64,000 nucleotides of DNA from Candidatus Omnitrophota bacterium (GTDB taxonomy: Bacteria > Omnitrophota > Gorgyraeia > Gygaellales > Profunditerraquicolaceae). Location: positions 31,665 to 95,664 of the forward strand of contig WOZK01000012.1 of assembly GCA_011620275.1 (NCBI GenBank). The letters are read 5' to 3'. The notes under the pieces are model-generated. The model was not told the DNA's origin, did not search any database, and saw only the letters and a list, made by a program, of their open reading frames with translations. Within the stretch, counting starts at the first letter, position 1, and every line of letters starts with the position of its first letter. The translations under genes were made by a program, and so were the position numbers. Positions 61,697-64,000 of the stretch are shown here, piece by piece.

Positions 61697-61767
61697 AGCG
61701 AGAGAGGGGAATCGAACCCCCGTATATAGCTTGGAAGGCTATTGTTCTACCATTGAACTACTCTCGC
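61697..61767 (-). tRNA. tRNA-Gly(TCC)
   Basis: GCGAGAG/CTCTCGC acceptor, anticodon arm ATAGC-CTTCCAA-GCTAT, GGTTCGATTCC. Confidence 0.96.
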
Positions 61768-61787
61768 AAATAATGCGTCTTTAAGGT

Positions 61788-61888
61788 GCTTGTCCCGCCT
61801 CCTATACAACTACTCTTTGAGACGGGATTTCGTTCAGCCTTCGGCCGAACTCAAGAAGGTTATTGTTCTACCATTGAACTACTCTCGC
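61788..61888 (-). pseudogene. tRNA-Gly pseudo-copy: 5' half, 62-nt insert at 35/36, truncated 3' half
   Basis: 61855-61888 matches 61734-61767 at 33/34 nt; insert 61793-61854; only CAAGC of the 3' half remains. Confidence 0.8.
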
Positions 61889-61973
61889 GAATCGCATCAA
61901 TCTGCAAAACTATCCTGCTCATTATATCTAATTTCGCAGGATTTCATTCTATACTTTTCTTGTTGAATTTAAA

Positions 61974-62056
61974 TGGGCAGAGTAGGATTCGAACCTACGT
62001 AGCACGAGTGCAACAGATTTACAGTCTGTCCCCTTTAGCCACTTGGGTATCTGCCC
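61974..62056 (-). tRNA. tRNA-Tyr(GTA)
   Basis: GGGCAGA acceptor, ACAGA-CTGTAAA-TCTGT, long variable arm, GGTTCGAATCC. Confidence 0.96.
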
Positions 62057-62240
62057 GCGTTATGCGCTGCTAAATTAATATAACAGCGCACAGAGCAATC
62101 GAGAAGCGAAATTTGAAAGTTGAGCGGCATCGAGATTGCGGTCTGATCTCTAATTCCGATTTTCAAATATAAGAAAGATGAATTTTATCTAATCCCTCGT
62201 GCTTCATCCTTCGTTATACCGCGGTATAGTCAAATAACAA

Positions 62241-62315
62241 TCGGGGCGACAGGACTTGAACCTGTGACCTCTTGAACCCCATTCAAGCGCTCTAGCCAAG
62301 CTGAGCCACGCCCCG
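62241..62315 (-). tRNA. tRNA-Pro(GGG)
   Basis: CGGGGCG acceptor, CTTGA-ATGGGGT-TCAAG, GGTTCAAGTCC. Confidence 0.95.
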
Positions 62316-62560
62316 TAATCTTTTATCCAGGAAGCCTCGCCAATGCTTTTATGACGGACCCCGTAAATCTATTATCCCGGCCTGGGAAAGCACTTCCCCT
62401 GCCGCTTTTTCGCTGAAAAAATCTGTTGGTTTATTCGTAGAGTAATGAAGCTCACTGGGCTAAAACCAGGAGTTTTCTACCACTTTAGCGAAATTTCTCC
62501 GAAGCAGCCCCCCCCTCTTTGCGCAGCGATACCTTCCAGTTTATCCTACGCATTCATCTT

Positions 62561-62602
62561 CGCACAAGCGAATACTTGGCCTTCCTATTGGCCAAGGTAT
62601 AA
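62561..62602. repeat. Single copy of the 42-bp hairpin repeat
   Basis: CGCACAAGCGAATACTTGGCCTTCCTATTGGCCAAGGTATAA matches the unit at 34759-34800. Confidence 0.88.
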
Positions 62603-62780
62603 CCAAGCTTGAAAACTTAGGGGTTTTTGCGTAGGAGAATAAATATACCAGAACTTTCCAAGGGTGTAAAGAAAGATTTTGCGGATATGTGCGGATAGAC
62701 AGTTAGAAACGAGGAATTATCATATAATTAAGTATTGTGTCCCCGGAATGCGAAATGCAGAACCCGTTTTAAAAGAAAAA

Positions 62781-62853
62781 AGCCGGCGAGAGGAATCGAA
62801 CCCCCGACCCGCTGTTTACAAAACAGCTGCTCTACCAACTGAGCTACGCCGGC
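62781..62853 (-). tRNA. tRNA-Thr(TGT)
   Basis: GCCGGCG acceptor, GCTGT-TTTGTAA-ACAGC, GGTTCGATTCC. Confidence 0.96.
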
Positions 62854-62938
62854 GTGAAAGTTTGATGGACGGATGAAGTGAAAGGAACGGAGCGTTTGTT
62901 CCGCTTCCGGCGGAATGGCAATAACGATAACCGTTTTG

Positions 62939-63802
62939 TCAAAGCTTTGATATGCTCTTGATCGCTTGTGGGATTTTATCAATAATATCCCCGGCAATCA
63001 AGCTAATTTTTGTCTTCTCCGCCGCCGCCATGTCCCCTGCCAGGCCGTGCAGATAGACAGCGAATTTGGCTGCCGTGAAACAATCCAGCCCCTGTCCGAT
63101 GAAGGCGGCCAGCATACCTGCCAGCACGTCGCCGGAGCCGGCGGTGGCCATGCCTGGATTACCGGTATTATTGATATAACAGCGGCCGTCCGGCCCCGCG
63201 ACCACGGTACGATGCCCCTTGAGCACTACGGTGATACAGTATTTGCGCGCGAAATCAATCGCCGTCTGTTTCCTGCTCCCCTGAATCTTCCCCACGCTCA
63301 ACCCGGTCAACCTGGACATCTCTCCGGGATGCGGAGTAATCACCAGCCCCCAGCGCCCGGCAGGAGGCAACAACTCCGGTCTGCCCGCGAATGCGTTCAA
63401 GCCGTCGGCGTCGAGTACCTTGGGAAGACCGATCTTCCGGACAAGATTCACGACCAATGCGCGTGTCCCCGCAGCCTGTCCCAAACCCGGACCGACAAGC
63501 AGGACATTACAGCTATCGGCGAACTTTCTTATGGAAGAAAAACCGGAGGAAAGAAAAACTCCTTTGCCAGCGTCCGGCAAAGGCAGAGTCATCAATTCAG
63601 GGGTTTTTTTTCGGATAAGGGCGTTGTTAATGGATGCCGGGACGGCAAGAGTAACCAGTCCGGAGCCGCTGCGTAAGGCAGCGTAACCGGAAAGAAGAGC
63701 CGCCCCGGAGAATCCGGCAGAGCCGGCCACGATCAGTAGATGGCCATAATCGCCTTTATGGGAATCAGCTTTCCTTTTCGACAAACGCGTTGGCAACCGC
63801 AT
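62939..63802 (-). CDS. nnrD: ADP-dependent NAD(P)HX dehydratase (YjeF C-terminal domain)
   Basis: SHKGDYG, GPGLG, LDADGLN, TPHPGE, LKG..T, ATAGSGDVLAG. Confidence 0.94.
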   Translation of the reverse strand: MRLPTRLSKRKADSHKGDYGHLLIVAGSAGFSGAALLSGYAALRSGSGLVTLAVPASINNALIRKKTPELMTLPLPDAGKGVFLSSGFSSIRKFADSCNVLLVGPGLGQAAGTRALVVNLVRKIGLPKVLDADGLNAFAGRPELLPPAGRWGLVITPHPGEMSRLTGLSVGKIQGSRKQTAIDFARKYCITVVLKGHRTVVAGPDGRCYINNTGNPGMATAGSGDVLAGMLAAFIGQGLDCFTAAKFAVYLHGLAGDMAAAEKTKISLIAGDIIDKIPQAIKSISKL

Positions 63803-64000
63803 AGCTTTTCACGTGGGAAATGGAAACATGGACTTTTTTACCGCAGGCCTTGCCGTTTAAAATACGACACCAGGGACGGCCTTCTTCGTCGTTTACTATC
63901 TGCACGTCTTTCCAGGTCAAGGAATTGTCGTTGAACGCCTTGAATACAGCCTCCTTGGCGGCGAACCTGCCGGCCAGGTGCTGGTAAAAACTGGCGTGCT
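63765..64000 (-). CDS. acpS: Holo-ACP synthase, 5'-truncated by the window edge
   Basis: Manual translation ...LAGRFAAKEAVFKA...GRP...VSISH..SYAVA...EKES*. Confidence 0.92.
   Translation of the reverse strand, partial: HASFYQHLAGRFAAKEAVFKAFNDNSLTWKDVQIVNDEEGRPWCRILNGKACGKKVHVSISHVKSYAVANAFVEKES

Noticed and set aside
61485-61733. Integrated prophage or island between tRNA-Gly 3'-half direct repeats
   Set aside because: The repeats are only ~210 bp apart and no integrase or cargo gene is present; at most a scar.
61518-61973. Hammerhead ribozyme or group I intron identity for the tRNA-cluster motif
   Set aside because: The GA-stem-GAAA-stem layout is hammerhead-like, but CUGAnGA is absent and the UH site is missing in three of four copies. 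The 62-70 nt inserts are far too short for group I introns and do not end in G.
62316-62553. Short minus-strand ORF or pseudogene (MRRINWKVSLRK...)
   Set aside because: Only 30 codons before a stop, with no recognisable similarity.
365-63934. Many long plus-strand ORFs (e.g. 3632-5068, 30553-32118, 32514-34028, 57438-58688)
   Set aside because: They are antisense shadows of conserved minus-strand genes in GC-rich DNA, with no recognisable motifs.

Overview
A 64-kb, GC-rich bacterial housekeeping region in which every recognisable gene lies on the minus strand. It is most likely from the PVC superphylum, probably Ca. Omnitrophota. That is an inference from the EF-Tu switch-I variant, short Mfd, PilZ and peptidoglycan-binding accessory genes and gene order; no search was run. 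In transcription order (right to left) it holds: partial acpS and nnrD; tRNA-Thr(TGT), Pro(GGG), Tyr(GTA) and Gly(TCC); thyA-like, PilZ, gpsA; PilZ-hom-thrC-coaB-apgM-lysC-cimA; valS-nadC-uvrB-coaX plus a two-gene cassette; hppA; a pilin-ECF sigma-anti-sigma-CHAT/TPR module; a propeller/TolC-like gene; recA-recX-alaS-his genes-trpE; rpsP; yajC-secDF; mfd-surA-pdxA-rsmA; then tRNA-Thr(GGT)-rpmG-tRNA-Trp-secE-nusG-rplKAJL-rpoBC-rpsLG-fusA-tuf-rpsJ-rplCDW. No CRISPR array, transposase or integrase is visible. Best leads: (1) a ~60-70 nt three-way-junction motif with compensatory changes in all three helices, present four times in the tRNA-Tyr/Gly cluster, twice inserted exactly between anticodon positions 35/36 of tRNA-Gly pseudo-copies; (2) a CRISPR-free ECF sigma / zinc anti-sigma / membrane-anchored caspase-like CHAT-TPR signalling module; (3) a ~200-bp covarying intergenic element shared by hisB-hisH and cimA-valS; (4) a 42-bp hairpin repeat that is tandem at the recX start and single near the tRNA cluster. 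All structures and alignments were derived by eye.
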